A stretch of DNA of 61,599 nt, counting the filler. It is 4 parts of 4 records of this genome, joined end to end, with 100 filler letters (N's around TTAATTAATTAA, not from the genome) between each part and the next. Parts side by side here need not be neighbours in the genome. Positions count along the whole stretch, not along the records: positions 23,038 to 36,865 come from SRR2962707_1481; positions 36,966 to 51,318 come from SRR2962707_1482; 2 more parts are not named here. The stretch is one strand, 5' to 3'. The position numbers and the translations under genes were made by a program. Positions 29,154 through 39,900 of the stretch are shown one piece after another; position 1 is the stretch's first letter, and every line of letters begins with the position of its first letter. The notes beneath the pieces were generated by a model. That model was not told the origin of the DNA and searched no databases. It saw only the letters and a program-made list of their open reading frames with translations.

Positions 29154-29228
29154 GTCTCGCCCCCTCGACGGTCTGCTGTCCGGTCTCCCGGTGCCGGGGA
29201 TAAGTCGTGCCGTCAGGTCCGCAAAGCC

Positions 29229-29261
29229 ATTTATGACGTTTTCATGACAGTTCAGTGACAG
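29229..29261 (-). promoter_or_regulatory. Triple Pho-box-like direct repeat
   Basis: Minus strand CTGTCAC-tgaa-CTGTCAT-gaaa-ACGTCAT with exact 11-bp period. Confidence 0.65.
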
Positions 29262-29337
29262 TCGGCCGCGCTCCACCGGAAAGCGCGGAAATCCGCCACT
29301 CGAAAATTTGCGCAGGTCTCACAACGAAGTCGCGCAA

Positions 29338-29373
29338 CGAAAAAGGCCGGAGGAATGACCTCCGGCCTTTTCG
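29338..29373 (-). terminator. Intrinsic (possibly bidirectional) terminator after bactofilin
   Basis: AAAAGGCCGGAGG-aatga-CCTCCGGCCTTTT perfect stem. Confidence 0.85.
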
Positions 29374-29395
29374 GTTTCGTCAGGTGCCGTGTGGC

Positions 29396-29992
29396 TTACT
29401 GTGCCGCCGGGCGCTTCACGACCACGCCGCCATCGTTCACCACCACCGGGCTATCGCTGCCGAGGGTGGGGCGCGGCGTTGCGCGCGGGCCGTCGCCGAG
29501 GCCCGGTGCCGAGGGCGCCGCCGGGCGCGGGGCGGAGCTGCCGGAGCGCGCCGTGGTGCTCGACTGGCTGATCGGGTCGTCCGAATGGCGGCAGTTTCCT
29601 TCGAAAAACGCGCCGGTTTCGACGGCCAGCGCCTCATGAAGAATGTCGCCTTCGACATGACAGGTGGAGGAAAGCTGCACGCGCCGTCCGCGGATCGTGC
29701 CGACCACGCGGCCGCGGATCACGATGTCTTCCGCCACCACTTCGCCGTTGATCGAGGCTTTCTCGCCGATCGTCAGCGACTGGCTGCGGATATCGCCTTC
29801 GACCGTGCCGTCGATCTGGATGTCGCCGGTCGCGGTCAGGTTGCCATGCACCACCAGGTCGGCGGAGATGATCGACGGTGCGGTCCGGGTGCTGCTCGGG
29901 CGTCGCCCGCCGCTGTTCGCCGGTGCGGATACGGGAGCGGCGGCTGCTGCCGGCGCCTTCTCGGTCTCTTTATCCTTGCTTCGCGAAAACAT
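29396..29992 (-). CDS. Bactofilin (polymer-forming cytoskeletal protein)
   Basis: SIISADL.V.GNL...GDIQIDG.VEGDI beta-helix repeats, GAFFEG; low-complexity termini. Confidence 0.93.
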   Translation of the reverse strand: MFSRSKDKETEKAPAAAAAPVSAPANSGGRRPSSTRTAPSIISADLVVHGNLTATGDIQIDGTVEGDIRSQSLTIGEKASINGEVVAEDIVIRGRVVGTIRGRRVQLSSTCHVEGDILHEALAVETGAFFEGNCRHSDDPISQSSTTARSGSSAPRPAAPSAPGLGDGPRATPRPTLGSDSPVVVNDGGVVVKRPAAQ

Positions 29993-31358
29993 AATGCCCT
30001 GCCTCGATGAACTTGGAGGGGTTACGAACGATACCGTCGAACCAGACCTCGTAATGGAGATGGGGCCCGCTGCTGCGTCCAGAGGACCCTACTTTGCCGA
30101 TGACTTCACGGAATGCAATTTTCTGGCCAGTCTTGACCGTTATTTTGCCAAGGTGGCCGTATCGCGTCCGGAAGCCGTTGCCATGGTCGATCTCGATCAC
30201 GCGGCCATAGCCGCCTTTCCAGCCGGCATAGGTCACAGTGCCGGTCCCGGGGGCGTAGATCGTCGCCCCATAGTAGGATGCCATGTCCTCGCCGGAATGA
30301 AAGGCCATGCGACCGTTGAACGGGTCGCGCCGCGAACCGAAGCTGCTTGTCTTGCGATAGCTGACAAGGGGCTCGGCAAGAGGCATTCTTGCAATGGAAT
30401 CCTCAAGATCGGCCATTTTCTTGAGGTTTTGGCTCACGCGGAAAAGTTGTTTCGCGAAAGCGGTTTCGTCGCCTCCGCCGGCCAGCGCGTCTCCCACGGC
30501 GAGGTCGATGAAGGGACCGCCCTGCGCCTCGCGCTTGTCGCTGCCGCGCTCCAGCAGGTCGTCGGGGTCGATCACCTTGGTCATGGTTATGATCGACTTC
30601 AGCTCGCGCACCCGCCGGTCGGTGATTTCTTCCACATTGTTGATGAGGCCCTGCTGCGCATTATCGAGCCAGGCGAGCCGCGCATCGATCTGGGAAACGG
30701 CGGCATTAGGGCTTCCGCCGCTGCCCGCGAGGTCGGCCACGTCGATCAGCGCGCCGTCATCCGGCCCTTCGATCACGAAACGCTCGAGTTCCGCGGTTTG
30801 CTGCGGCCTTGCGGTGGTGTGGACGACATCCGGCCCTTCGGTGGCGCCGTCGACGCGCATCAGGACCGTGTTGCCTTTGCCGGCGCTGGCGGTTTCCTGG
30901 CCTTTCAGCGTCGCTGCGTAGCGCCGCCGCATCGTGTCGAGCACCGAGCCGGCCGTCTGGCGCTGGTTCATAAGTGTCGAAAGCTGCTTGTGTTTTTCTT
31001 CGATCTGCCGGGTCGTCGCGAGGAAGCGCTCCTCGGTGATGACCAGCTGTCCGTTGAGTTCGTCATAGGAAGACTGAAGCTGCGCCATCCGCTCTTCATA
31101 GGCGGATTGCATCTTCACATAGCGCCGGTCCTTCGACGCGATGATCTGTTCCTTGAAGACGACGTTGACCGACGCGAAGGCGATCCAGCTTAAAAACGCG
31201 AACGCGATCACCGCGAAAGCCGACTGCGTCAGCGGCGACAGCGAAATAAACTGCACATGCCCGTGGCTGCGGATATAGATCTGCCGCTCCACATACATGT
31301 GCCGCATGAAATTGCGGAATCTGTCGGCCCAGCCCTGCCGTTGGTGCATGCCCCTCAA
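29970..31358 (-). CDS. M23 peptidase with TM helix and coiled coil (LmdC-like)
   Basis: HSGED, YGHL and GRSSGPHLHYEV Zn motifs; overlaps the bactofilin start. Confidence 0.92.
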   Translation of the reverse strand: MRGMHQRQGWADRFRNFMRHMYVERQIYIRSHGHVQFISLSPLTQSAFAVIAFAFLSWIAFASVNVVFKEQIIASKDRRYVKMQSAYEERMAQLQSSYDELNGQLVITEERFLATTRQIEEKHKQLSTLMNQRQTAGSVLDTMRRRYAATLKGQETASAGKGNTVLMRVDGATEGPDVVHTTARPQQTAELERFVIEGPDDGALIDVADLAGSGGSPNAAVSQIDARLAWLDNAQQGLINNVEEITDRRVRELKSIITMTKVIDPDDLLERGSDKREAQGGPFIDLAVGDALAGGGDETAFAKQLFRVSQNLKKMADLEDSIARMPLAEPLVSYRKTSSFGSRRDPFNGRMAFHSGEDMASYYGATIYAPGTGTVTYAGWKGGYGRVIEIDHGNGFRTRYGHLGKITVKTGQKIAFREVIGKVGSSGRSSGPHLHYEVWFDGIVRNPSKFIEAGHYVFAKQG

Positions 31359-31443
31359 TGCCCCTTAACCCCTTTATGTCTCGTGCCTATTTCACCCCAA
31401 ATTGGCACAGGCTGACAACATACTCGCATAGAGTTTTGATGTA

Positions 31444-31451
31444 ATGGTTAA
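31444..31451 (-). promoter_or_regulatory. CtrA-type TTAACCAT motif upstream of the M23-bactofilin operon
   Basis: Exact TTAACCAT on the minus strand, about 90 nt upstream of the M23 start. Confidence 0.4.
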
Positions 31452-31478
31452 TGTGGATTCACCATAGCACGGATAAAA

Positions 31479-32288
31479 TTAGCCGGACGGGGCGGCGAGC
31501 GGCTCGTAGAAGCGGGGCGGCAGACCGGCGGCCAGCCGGGCTTCCGTATTGAAAGGCGGCTTGAGCGCACCTCTGAAATGCCGCCGCACAAGCGCATGAA
31601 AGGTTGCTTCCGGCTCGATGCTCCGTTCACGGCAGAGAAAGGCGAACCAGCGCGCCCCGGCGCCGACATGCTCTTGTTCCTCCGTGTAGATCGTTTCCAG
31701 CACCCGCGCGCTTTGAAGGTCGCCTGCCGCCGTAAGCCTGCCGATCATCGCGGGCGTGACGTCGAGGCCGCGCGCTTCCAGCACCATAGGAACGACGGCG
31801 AGCCGCGCCATCAGGTCGTGGCGCGTTTCCTCCGCCGCCTGCCAGAGCCCGTCATGGGCGGGCAGCTCGCCATAGGCCGAGCCATGGGCGGCAAGCCTCG
31901 CCTGCAGCAACGCGAAGTGCCGCGCCTCGTCGTCGCCGACGCCGACCCAGTCGTCGAAGAATTCCCGTGGCATCGCCGCGCCCGCAAACCGCCCCGCAAG
32001 ATCGAAGGCGAGGTCGATCGCGTTGAGTTCGATATGCGCGAGCGAGTGGAGGAGGGCGATGCGTCCCCGCTCTCCCTTGAAGCTGCGCCGCGGCATGTCG
32101 CGCGGCAGCCGCAATTCAGGCCGCGCCGGACGGCTAGGCCTGTCCGGTATCGGCGCCATAGCGCCGGTCGCAAGCTCGCCGGAACGCCACCGCGCGGCCA
32201 CTTCCCGTGCGAGCCGGGCCTTGCCGTCGGCATCGCCGCAGAGAAGAACGTCGCGAGCCGCCTCGGCGAGTGACCGCACATTGCTCAT
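31479..32288 (-). CDS. Ferritin-like DUF455 protein
   Basis: LHSLAHIELNAIDLA, DEARHF, LEARGLDVTP and PPFN. Confidence 0.92.
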   Translation of the reverse strand: MSNVRSLAEAARDVLLCGDADGKARLAREVAARWRSGELATGAMAPIPDRPSRPARPELRLPRDMPRRSFKGERGRIALLHSLAHIELNAIDLAFDLAGRFAGAAMPREFFDDWVGVGDDEARHFALLQARLAAHGSAYGELPAHDGLWQAAEETRHDLMARLAVVPMVLEARGLDVTPAMIGRLTAAGDLQSARVLETIYTEEQEHVGAGARWFAFLCRERSIEPEATFHALVRRHFRGALKPPFNTEARLAAGLPPRFYEPLAAPSG

Positions 32289-32295
32289 GGCGGGG

Positions 32296-32817
32296 TCAAA
32301 GCTCTTTCGCGGCGGCAAGCACGTCTTCGGCGTGTCCGTTCACCTTGACCTTCGGCCAGACCTTCCGCACCACGCCCTTTTCGTCGATCAGCAGCGTTGT
32401 GCGGGTGATGCCCATGAACTTCCGGCCGTATAGGCTCTTCTCGCCCCAGACCCCATAGGCCTCGAGCATCTTGCCATCCTCGTCCGACAGCAGCCGGACG
32501 GTCAGGCTGTGCTTGTCGCGAAACTTGCAATGCTTCTCTATCGAGTCTTTCGAGACCCCGAGCACGACCGTCCCGGCGGCATCGAACTTCTTCTTGAGGG
32601 CGCTGAAGGCGATGCCCTCTGTCGTGCAGCCTGGCGTGTCGTCCTTCGGGTAGAAGTAGAGAACCGCCTTCTTGCCCGCGAGCGACTTTAGCGTGACGGT
32701 CGAGCCGTCATCTGCGGGCAGCGAAAAGGCGGGCGCCTTTTTCCCCTCTTCCGGCAATGCGCTCCCGGACGCCTTTTCCTTGCTGCCGGTTTTGCTCTTC
32801 GTCGGGGTCTTGCTCAT
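32296..32817 (-). CDS. bcp: Thioredoxin-dependent thiol peroxidase Bcp
   Basis: YFYPKDDTPGCTTE; YGVWGEK..YGR. Confidence 0.94.
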   Translation of the reverse strand: MSKTPTKSKTGSKEKASGSALPEEGKKAPAFSLPADDGSTVTLKSLAGKKAVLYFYPKDDTPGCTTEGIAFSALKKKFDAAGTVVLGVSKDSIEKHCKFRDKHSLTVRLLSDEDGKMLEAYGVWGEKSLYGRKFMGITRTTLLIDEKGVVRKVWPKVKVNGHAEDVLAAAKEL

Positions 32818-33018
32818 GGATTGCCTCCTGTCCGGTTCGCGGCCTTGATAGCACGACGGAAAGCCGCCCCGCCGCCGTTAATCTTGCTGAGCAATTGAAA
32901 GCGCAGCGGGCCCTATTTTGCAGACTTGAGGGCGGGCAGGGGATAAAAGTCCCATGACTCGCTTTTGCCGCAATTCTGCGGTTCCCATAGCGGCAAGCGA
33001 GAGGAGCTGACGTATTTC

Positions 33019-36000
33019 TTGATCCGCCGTACCAGTAAAATCGCGTTGGAGATTGCCGGTGTTGCCGTCGCGGTAACGGCCGTGCTTCTGGCCGTGCTGG
33101 CCTGGAGGCTTTCCTCCGGCCCGGTCTCGATCTCGGTCCTGAACCGGATGGTCGAGGATGCCGCGCGCCCCTCGCTCCAGGGCGGCGATCTCGCCATTGG
33201 CGACACGATCCTCATCTGGGCCGCCGAAGAGCGCGAATTGTCGCTACGGCTCTCGGATGTCGAGTTGAAGGGGGCGGACGGCAACGAGATCGCCCATGTG
33301 CCGCAGCTCGCATTCGAACTCAGTGTGCCGGCGCTCTTTCGCGGCATGCTGGCGCCGACCTCGATCGATCTCTACGGCGTCAGCGCGACCGTGCTCCGCA
33401 GACCCGGCACAGGCATCACGCTCGCACTCGCGGGCGTCGATGAGGCACCTCAATCGGACACGTCCTTTGTCGGCCCCATGCTCGAAGCTTTGCTCGACGA
33501 GACCGACCGCTCGTCGCCGCTCGGTTATCTTTCCCGGTTCGGCATCAAGCAGGCAAAGCTCCGCTTCGTCGACGAGGTCAACGGCGTCAGCTTCGAGGCA
33601 CCGTCCGCGAACCTGATGATCTTTCGCGGCGATGGCGGCATCGCGGGCTTGCTCAACGCGAGCTTTGCCGTCGCCGAAACGATGGCCCATCTCGAACTCA
33701 ACGGTTTCCTGCCGGCGAACGGCGATGCGGCGCGCATCGACGTCACGGCTTCGGACATCGTACCCGCGGCGCTGGCCCGCGTATCTCCGGCATTCGAGGA
33801 TTACGCAATTTTCGATGCGCCGCTCTTCGCGGAAGGCGAACTGTCGATCAAACGCGACGGCGAGCTGAAGTCGGCCCAACTGACGCTGCAGTCGGGAACC
33901 GGCAAGATCAATCTGCCTGAGCCGTGGAATACCTCGATCCCGCTCGAAAAAGCACAAGCCAAAGTGAATATCGACGGCGAAGCCCGCCAGGTCGCGGTGA
34001 AAGAGATGGCTTTCAAGGCCGGGCCCCACGAGGCGTCTCTCTCCGGCACCATCGGCTACACGATGGGAGAGGGGCTCAATATCGCGGGCATCTCTGCGGA
34101 CCTTTCGTCGGATAGCGTACACACCGAAGTCCCCGGCTTCTTTGTTGGGCCCCTTGACCTCGAACGTCTTCATGTCGATGCGGATATCGACTTCGACGCG
34201 CTGACGGCGAAAATCGATGAACTGTTCATCGGTACGGGCGGCGGCGGCATTCGACTTTCCGGCACCGTCGCCGACGCGGAGCGCTCCCCCGCCGTGGCCG
34301 TCACCGGCAAAATCGAGCCCATGCCTTTCGACGCGATGACGGCGATCTGGCCGATACCTCTCGCGAAGGGCGCACGCGAATGGGTCGGCAAGAACCTGTC
34401 CGGCGGCATGCTGACCGGCGGTTCGTTCGACATCGATCTCGCAGGCGGCATGATCGCGGACGCGGCGGACCACATCGCCATTCCGAAGGACCGGCTGCAC
34501 TTCGAATTCTTCACCAGCGGCCAGACGATGAAATATCTGGGCGAACTGCCGCCCATGGAAAACCTCGAAGCGCATGGGTTGATCGAGGGAAACCGGTTCG
34601 ACGCCTGGGTATCCTCCGCCGTTATCAGGCAGGAAGGACTGGGTGACATTGCTGTCAGCGACGGCCATTTTTACGACGACGAACTGCACAGGAAAGGCGC
34701 GCTCGGCCATATCCGTTTCACGGTGGCGGGCGCGACCGCCGATATCCTGAGCGTCCTCGACCGCGACCCCCTGAATCTCATGAGTGCGTTCGGTCTCGAT
34801 CCGCAAAAAGTTGCCGGTTCGGGACGCCTTACGGGCGCGCTTTCGCTGCCGCTGGTCAAAGGCGTCACGATGCAGGACGTTGACTTCTCGGGCACGGGCC
34901 ACGCGGAAGACGTCGCCATTCCGAACATTCAGGAAAATCTCTCCGTTACCTCCGGTTCGCTCGACGTCGAGGTGACGCGGGCGGGCCTCACGGCCAGCGG
35001 GCCGATCAGTCTCAACAACGCCACCGACCTCGATCTGGAATGGCGGGAACATTTCAGCAGGGATATCTCGCCGAGGTCTTCCTACCGGTTGCGCGGGCCG
35101 CTCGACGAAGCGGGCCGGATGGCGCTCGGCCTCAAGCTCGATCAGTTTATCGAGGGCATCGCGGTGGTCGACGCGACGCTGATGGGCGATGGCCGCAGCG
35201 TGAACAGGGGTTCCATCCGGGCAGACCTCACAGGCGCGGTTGCGAAGTTCGCCGACGCCGGGTGGTCGAAGCCCGCGGGAGAACCGGCGATGACGCAGTT
35301 CGATCTCGCCATGCTGGAGGACGGCGGATACCGGATCTCGGATTTCCGGCTGACTGGCGACGATATCGATACGCGCGGCACCTTTACGCTGGGCGATGGC
35401 GGCCGCCTGATCGCAGCAGACTTTCCCGCTGTGAAGCTCGGCGAACACAACGACTTCACCTTCAAGGCGGGGCCGTCGGAGAACGCCGCACTGTCCATGG
35501 AAGTGGAGGGCCAGCGCTTCGACGCCCGCGGTGTGCTCAGCGAATTCCTGGCCGGCAACGGCGAGGAAGCCGCGACAGCGGGCGGCGAGCCTCCTGTTGT
35601 CCCCGATCTTCTCACGGAGGAAGTGGCGAAGGACCCGCTCCGCCGGACGGTGCTGACGGCCGAGATCGCGCGCGCCACTGGCCACAACGAAACCTCGTTC
35701 AACGATGTCGCGGTTCGGCTGGTGCAGGTCGATGGGCGCACCTGGTCGATGAATCTTTCCGCCGCGAGCGGAGACGGAAAGCCGGTGGCGCTCAGAATAG
35801 GGCCGGACACGAACGGAGCGCGGTCCCTCGACATGTCGTCGAACGATGCCGGGACGATTTTCCGGGCACTCGATTTTACGCGCAGCATCAGGGGCGGAAC
35901 CTTGAAGGCAGCGGGGAAATACGATGACGCGGCACCCGGCTCGCCGCTTTCGGGGACGCTGAGCATCGACAAATTCCGCATCGTCAATGCGCCGGTGCTG

Positions 36001-36639
36001 GCGAACATTCTCACCGTCGGGTCGCTGACCGGCATCAGCGACACGATGCGCGGCGAAGGCATTTTCTTCGAGCGGCTGGAGTTGCCTTTTGCCTTCACCG
36101 AAAGCCGCATCCACGTGAAGGATGCCCGCATGTCGGGCCCCGCGATCGGCCTCACCATGGAGGGGCAGATCGACAGGGCGGAGGACCTCGTCGACATGGA
36201 AGGCACGCTTGTCCCCGCTTACACGATCAACTCCTTCCTTGGAAACGTACCGGTGCTCGGGCCGCTGATCGTCGGCCGCGAGGGCGAGGGCATTTTCGCC
36301 ATCACCTACAGCGTGCGCGGCAAGGCGGACGATCCGACAGTTGTGGTCAATCCGCTATCCGCGATTGCGCCCGGCTTCTTGCGGCGCATCTTCGAGTTCG
36401 GCAACACCCTGCCGCCGGAAGCCAAAAAGGATGCCATCCCCCAGACGGGAGACCCCGTGACGCCGGAGACCATTGCACCAGCGGCTGAAAGCCCCGTGCA
36501 ACCTCAAGATTCCAGCCAAATTCCGGGCGGGCAGGGCGGCATCTCGACACCCGTCGCGGACGAGGGGGAAGGCGTTCTGGAGCCGCGCATCGAAGCACCT
36601 GCGGAAAATTCCGGCGCCTCTCCCGCAGTGCAAAACTGA
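33019..36639 (+). CDS. AsmA-like / YhdP-type (DUF3971) envelope protein
   Basis: N-terminal TM helix, long beta-rich body, C-terminal GTLVPAYTINS..VNPLSAIAPGFLR; RBS GAGGAG then TTG 33019. Confidence 0.88.
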   Translation: MIRRTSKIALEIAGVAVAVTAVLLAVLAWRLSSGPVSISVLNRMVEDAARPSLQGGDLAIGDTILIWAAEERELSLRLSDVELKGADGNEIAHVPQLAFELSVPALFRGMLAPTSIDLYGVSATVLRRPGTGITLALAGVDEAPQSDTSFVGPMLEALLDETDRSSPLGYLSRFGIKQAKLRFVDEVNGVSFEAPSANLMIFRGDGGIAGLLNASFAVAETMAHLELNGFLPANGDAARIDVTASDIVPAALARVSPAFEDYAIFDAPLFAEGELSIKRDGELKSAQLTLQSGTGKINLPEPWNTSIPLEKAQAKVNIDGEARQVAVKEMAFKAGPHEASLSGTIGYTMGEGLNIAGISADLSSDSVHTEVPGFFVGPLDLERLHVDADIDFDALTAKIDELFIGTGGGGIRLSGTVADAERSPAVAVTGKIEPMPFDAMTAIWPIPLAKGAREWVGKNLSGGMLTGGSFDIDLAGGMIADAADHIAIPKDRLHFEFFTSGQTMKYLGELPPMENLEAHGLIEGNRFDAWVSSAVIRQEGLGDIAVSDGHFYDDELHRKGALGHIRFTVAGATADILSVLDRDPLNLMSAFGLDPQKVAGSGRLTGALSLPLVKGVTMQDVDFSGTGHAEDVAIPNIQENLSVTSGSLDVEVTRAGLTASGPISLNNATDLDLEWREHFSRDISPRSSYRLRGPLDEAGRMALGLKLDQFIEGIAVVDATLMGDGRSVNRGSIRADLTGAVAKFADAGWSKPAGEPAMTQFDLAMLEDGGYRISDFRLTGDDIDTRGTFTLGDGGRLIAADFPAVKLGEHNDFTFKAGPSENAALSMEVEGQRFDARGVLSEFLAGNGEEAATAGGEPPVVPDLLTEEVAKDPLRRTVLTAEIARATGHNETSFNDVAVRLVQVDGRTWSMNLSAASGDGKPVALRIGPDTNGARSLDMSSNDAGTIFRALDFTRSIRGGTLKAAGKYDDAAPGSPLSGTLSIDKFRIVNAPVLANILTVGSLTGISDTMRGEGIFFERLELPFAFTESRIHVKDARMSGPAIGLTMEGQIDRAEDLVDMEGTLVPAYTINSFLGNVPVLGPLIVGREGEGIFAITYSVRGKADDPTVVVNPLSAIAPGFLRRIFEFGNTLPPEAKKDAIPQTGDPVTPETIAPAAESPVQPQDSSQIPGGQGGISTPVADEGEGVLEPRIEAPAENSGASPAVQN

Positions 36640-36730
36640 CATCCCCCGACTTTTTTGATTTGCGGAGCGCTACTCCGCACATGTTATGCTCCTGCCATTG
36701 CTATCGATCGGGGATGGGGAGGAGGAAACC

Positions 36731-36865
36731 ATGTCCACCAATCAAAAGATGACGATGGATGCCGCCTATGAAGCGGTCGCGCCGGACGACTTTCCGGCCA
36801 TGATGGATGTCGACCGTTACGGCAAACGCTCCACGGCCTTCGACAAGATCATCTCCGCGACCCAT
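36731..36865 (+). CDS. N-terminal fragment of a protein, possibly ferritin-like (cut at contig edge)
   Basis: Strong RBS GGAGG; MSTNQKM...FDKIISATH; family call is a tentative recollection. Confidence 0.55.
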
Positions 36866-36965
36866 NNNNNNNNNNNNNNNNNNNNNNNNNNNNNNNNNNN
36901 NNNNNNNNNTTAATTAATTAANNNNNNNNNNNNNNNNNNNNNNNNNNNNNNNNNNNNNNNNNNNN
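36866..36965. other. Artificial contig linker
   Basis: 44 N + TTAATTAATTAA + 44 N. Confidence 0.99.
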
Positions 36966-39900
36966 CATGGTGATTACCTGGACTTCGTTGGAATGCGCTA
37001 CATTACTTTTGAGCTCCACGACGTGCGGAACTCCGACACCCTCGATTTCAATACTGCTGGACACACCCGCACATTCTGCTACGTTTGCGCCTTCCCCACT
37101 GCAAGACAGGGATCCTTTGTCCACATCGAGCAAGGGAAGACTACCAGCTGGGTCAAGAAATGTAACAAGCCACGTGGCACCGCCGTTGAGGCCATGATAT
37201 TCTTTGCTCACACGAACTTTTCCAATTGTTGGTAAAGCTTGAAGATGGTCCCGCAAGTCATCGCCGGTGGAATCAAACGGAATTGACACAGCCTCGGACG
37301 CGGCAAAAGTCACATCAAAAGCGCCTTCAAGTGAAGGTGCTTGCACAACGGTTGCGGAGTCGACTGCAACAGTGTCGTTGTCCACACTCTGGGTCGAGTT
37401 ATACCGCACTGACAGAAAAGGCGCTGAACTAGGAAAATTCTGAAAAGTAATATCCCAAGCAATTCCGCTGGCCGAGGGGAAAAACTGGTCGTTATGGACT
37501 TCAAATGTGACGTCAGGATATGGAAGTACGTCGGCCAGATCATTCAAAATCGCTTCCAATGACTCGCCGAGCCCTTTGCCTGGTCCGGCCCCAGGAATTT
37601 CTTTGTCACTGAGGTCGACGGCATGGAAGCTAATATCACGCGACCATACCATCCCCGCCTCGCCAGCTACCGATGTGTCGAATCCAAGTGCAAAAGTCGT
37701 TTGCGAAGCATTGAAAATAGAACGGTTTCCGCGGGCACGGACTGACACCTTCTGAACTTTGTGAAGAGAAGCATCAGGCAGATTCACATGTGTAGTGATG
37801 GATTGTACAGAAAGCTGCGCACTATATGATGCTGATACATTGATCAGCAAGCAACCATCACCTGCATCTTCATCTGCTACACCGGCGGACAAGGAGCCAA
37901 TCTCCCCCTGAGCCAGGCTTGACGAGGATAGATGAGACACCGTTACACTAGGAGCGGAGTTAACAGCTTGGACTTCAATGAATACGCTGTCTGTGACCAC
38001 CAGCCCGGACGCCTCCTCAGTGCATGCAATGTCGAGCGTATCTCGCCCAAAATAGTCATTATTGCCACTGTAGAGCACTGTGGAAATCACTTGGTTGAGT
38101 TCAAACAGCGTGCATCGAATCACAATTCGTGAACTCGGTGACGTTGTTTCTTCAAAAAACTGGCAACGGTTCTCCGTCTCACCGACATCCAGAGTTCCAT
38201 TGTAAACTGCAAGTTCAAGAACATACATGTCCATCTTTGCGTTGGCATCAATATCAGAAACCACCATTCCATCTGCACGTAACAACGCAAGGCGCTCTCC
38301 CTCAAGAACAGAAAACGAGGGTAAAACAATAGACGGCGCATCAGAGACGGAGGACACGGATATTGATATAGTCGCAACCGAAGAGCTCCAATACTGATCC
38401 ATGGCCTCGATCGTGACTTCAGCATTGCCGTAAAAATCGGCAGCCGGTGCAAAAACAAGGTTTTCCATTGCAGAATTGACGCGGTCAATGTCACCAAACA
38501 GCCACAGGGCAGAATCTTCGTATCCTCCTTGCATGAGTACACCTGGTGCGAACATAGACACAATGCTCGGGTTCGTCGCGTCCGCAATATAGACATGTCC
38601 GGCTCCAACCGTCACTGACACTGTCACGTTAATAGCAAAGTCAAGGTGACTTCTTGCGCGAGCATGCTGAAAGTCAGCGTCTCGAACCTGCGCCGGGAGA
38701 AAAGTCACGGTGTCTTCTTCGATGTCAATTAATATGCTCGCTGGAGATTCTCCATCCAATAGCACTTGCGGAGCATCATTCTCACATAACACGTCAAGTG
38801 TTACCACTGCGACGACTGTTGCATTCGACTCCTGGGCTGCACCCATCTTGGACAAAGAGAGGATCATTGTCGTCACACCGCACCAGTTATCGGCGGGAAC
38901 AAAGGAAATGGAATGACTAACTCCTGAGAGGGCGCTTTGGAGGTCAATATCTCGGCCACGCACCAGGGCTGCGCTTCCTGATTGAGCCGACTCAAACACA
39001 ACATTGGAGACCGGGGTCAAAGCTGCAGCGTTGACGAATGTACCACTGCTGATATCACTCACATTGAGAGACAACAAAAGTAGTGCATTTGCGTCATCAC
39101 CTGAGACAACAACGTCGGTCAGGAGGACAGTAGTGTCTTCAACTCCGGACATGACCGACGGAGCGAAGAGGCTCAACACCTGGACCATCGATATGGTAAG
39201 CTTCAGCTCAGCGGTTGCCGATCGCCCACTGGCCACATCAACAACACTAACGATAACAAAGTCCAAAACTTCACCAGTTGAAAATTCAAAGCTTGGAGTA
39301 TGTACAAGATGACTGAGTGCTTCATTTGTGAATTGTAAGCTGGCCAAAAACGATACATTCATGTCGTCACTGGAAAGGTAATGCAATCCTGTACCAGCCG
39401 TTCCTTCCACCGTCACTGAGCCTGAGGAGGCTTTGACGGACACACTGTACATACGATTCGCCGCATCAACATCCTTCAACGCGGCAAACTGTGGGAGGAC
39501 AATCGTTTCCAGCGCGTGGGGAGTGAACAAGGTTGAATACTCACTCATCAGCGGGTTGAGCACCAAATCGTCCACTGCTGGAGCCACAATGACATCAATG
39601 ACGAGAGACGCTGATGCATTGGCGCTGACATCAGCTTGGGCGCTCAAAGAAATATACAGTGCGTCGTTCCCAAAATAATTGGGGTCGGGCATTCCTACCA
39701 GCCCATTCAAAGCACGGGCTAATTCGGAGGATGTTCCTTTCAATTGCAGTGTTTTGTTCTCTGGACTGCTTTCCACTTGCCATGTCACTTCTGCCCCAGG
39801 ATTAATTGAGCCAGACTCAAACATAATGTGAGCTGCCCTCAGTGTCAGCTGAAAAACCAACAAGGGCTGTGAGACCCCAATTGACCCAGTTTCGATTGAA

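Noticed and set aside
23186-29340. Prophage, IS or integrative element at prfB
   Set aside because: No integrase, transposase, phage gene or att-like duplication found.
33244-36114. 956-aa minus-strand ORF (also 29664-31193, 22007-22993, 10687-11586 and similar)
   Set aside because: Antisense shadows of well-supported genes in GC-rich DNA, where stop codons are rare.
36918-36965. ORF-track stop for the giant protein
   Set aside because: The stop comes from the linker; the true C-terminus is not in the window.
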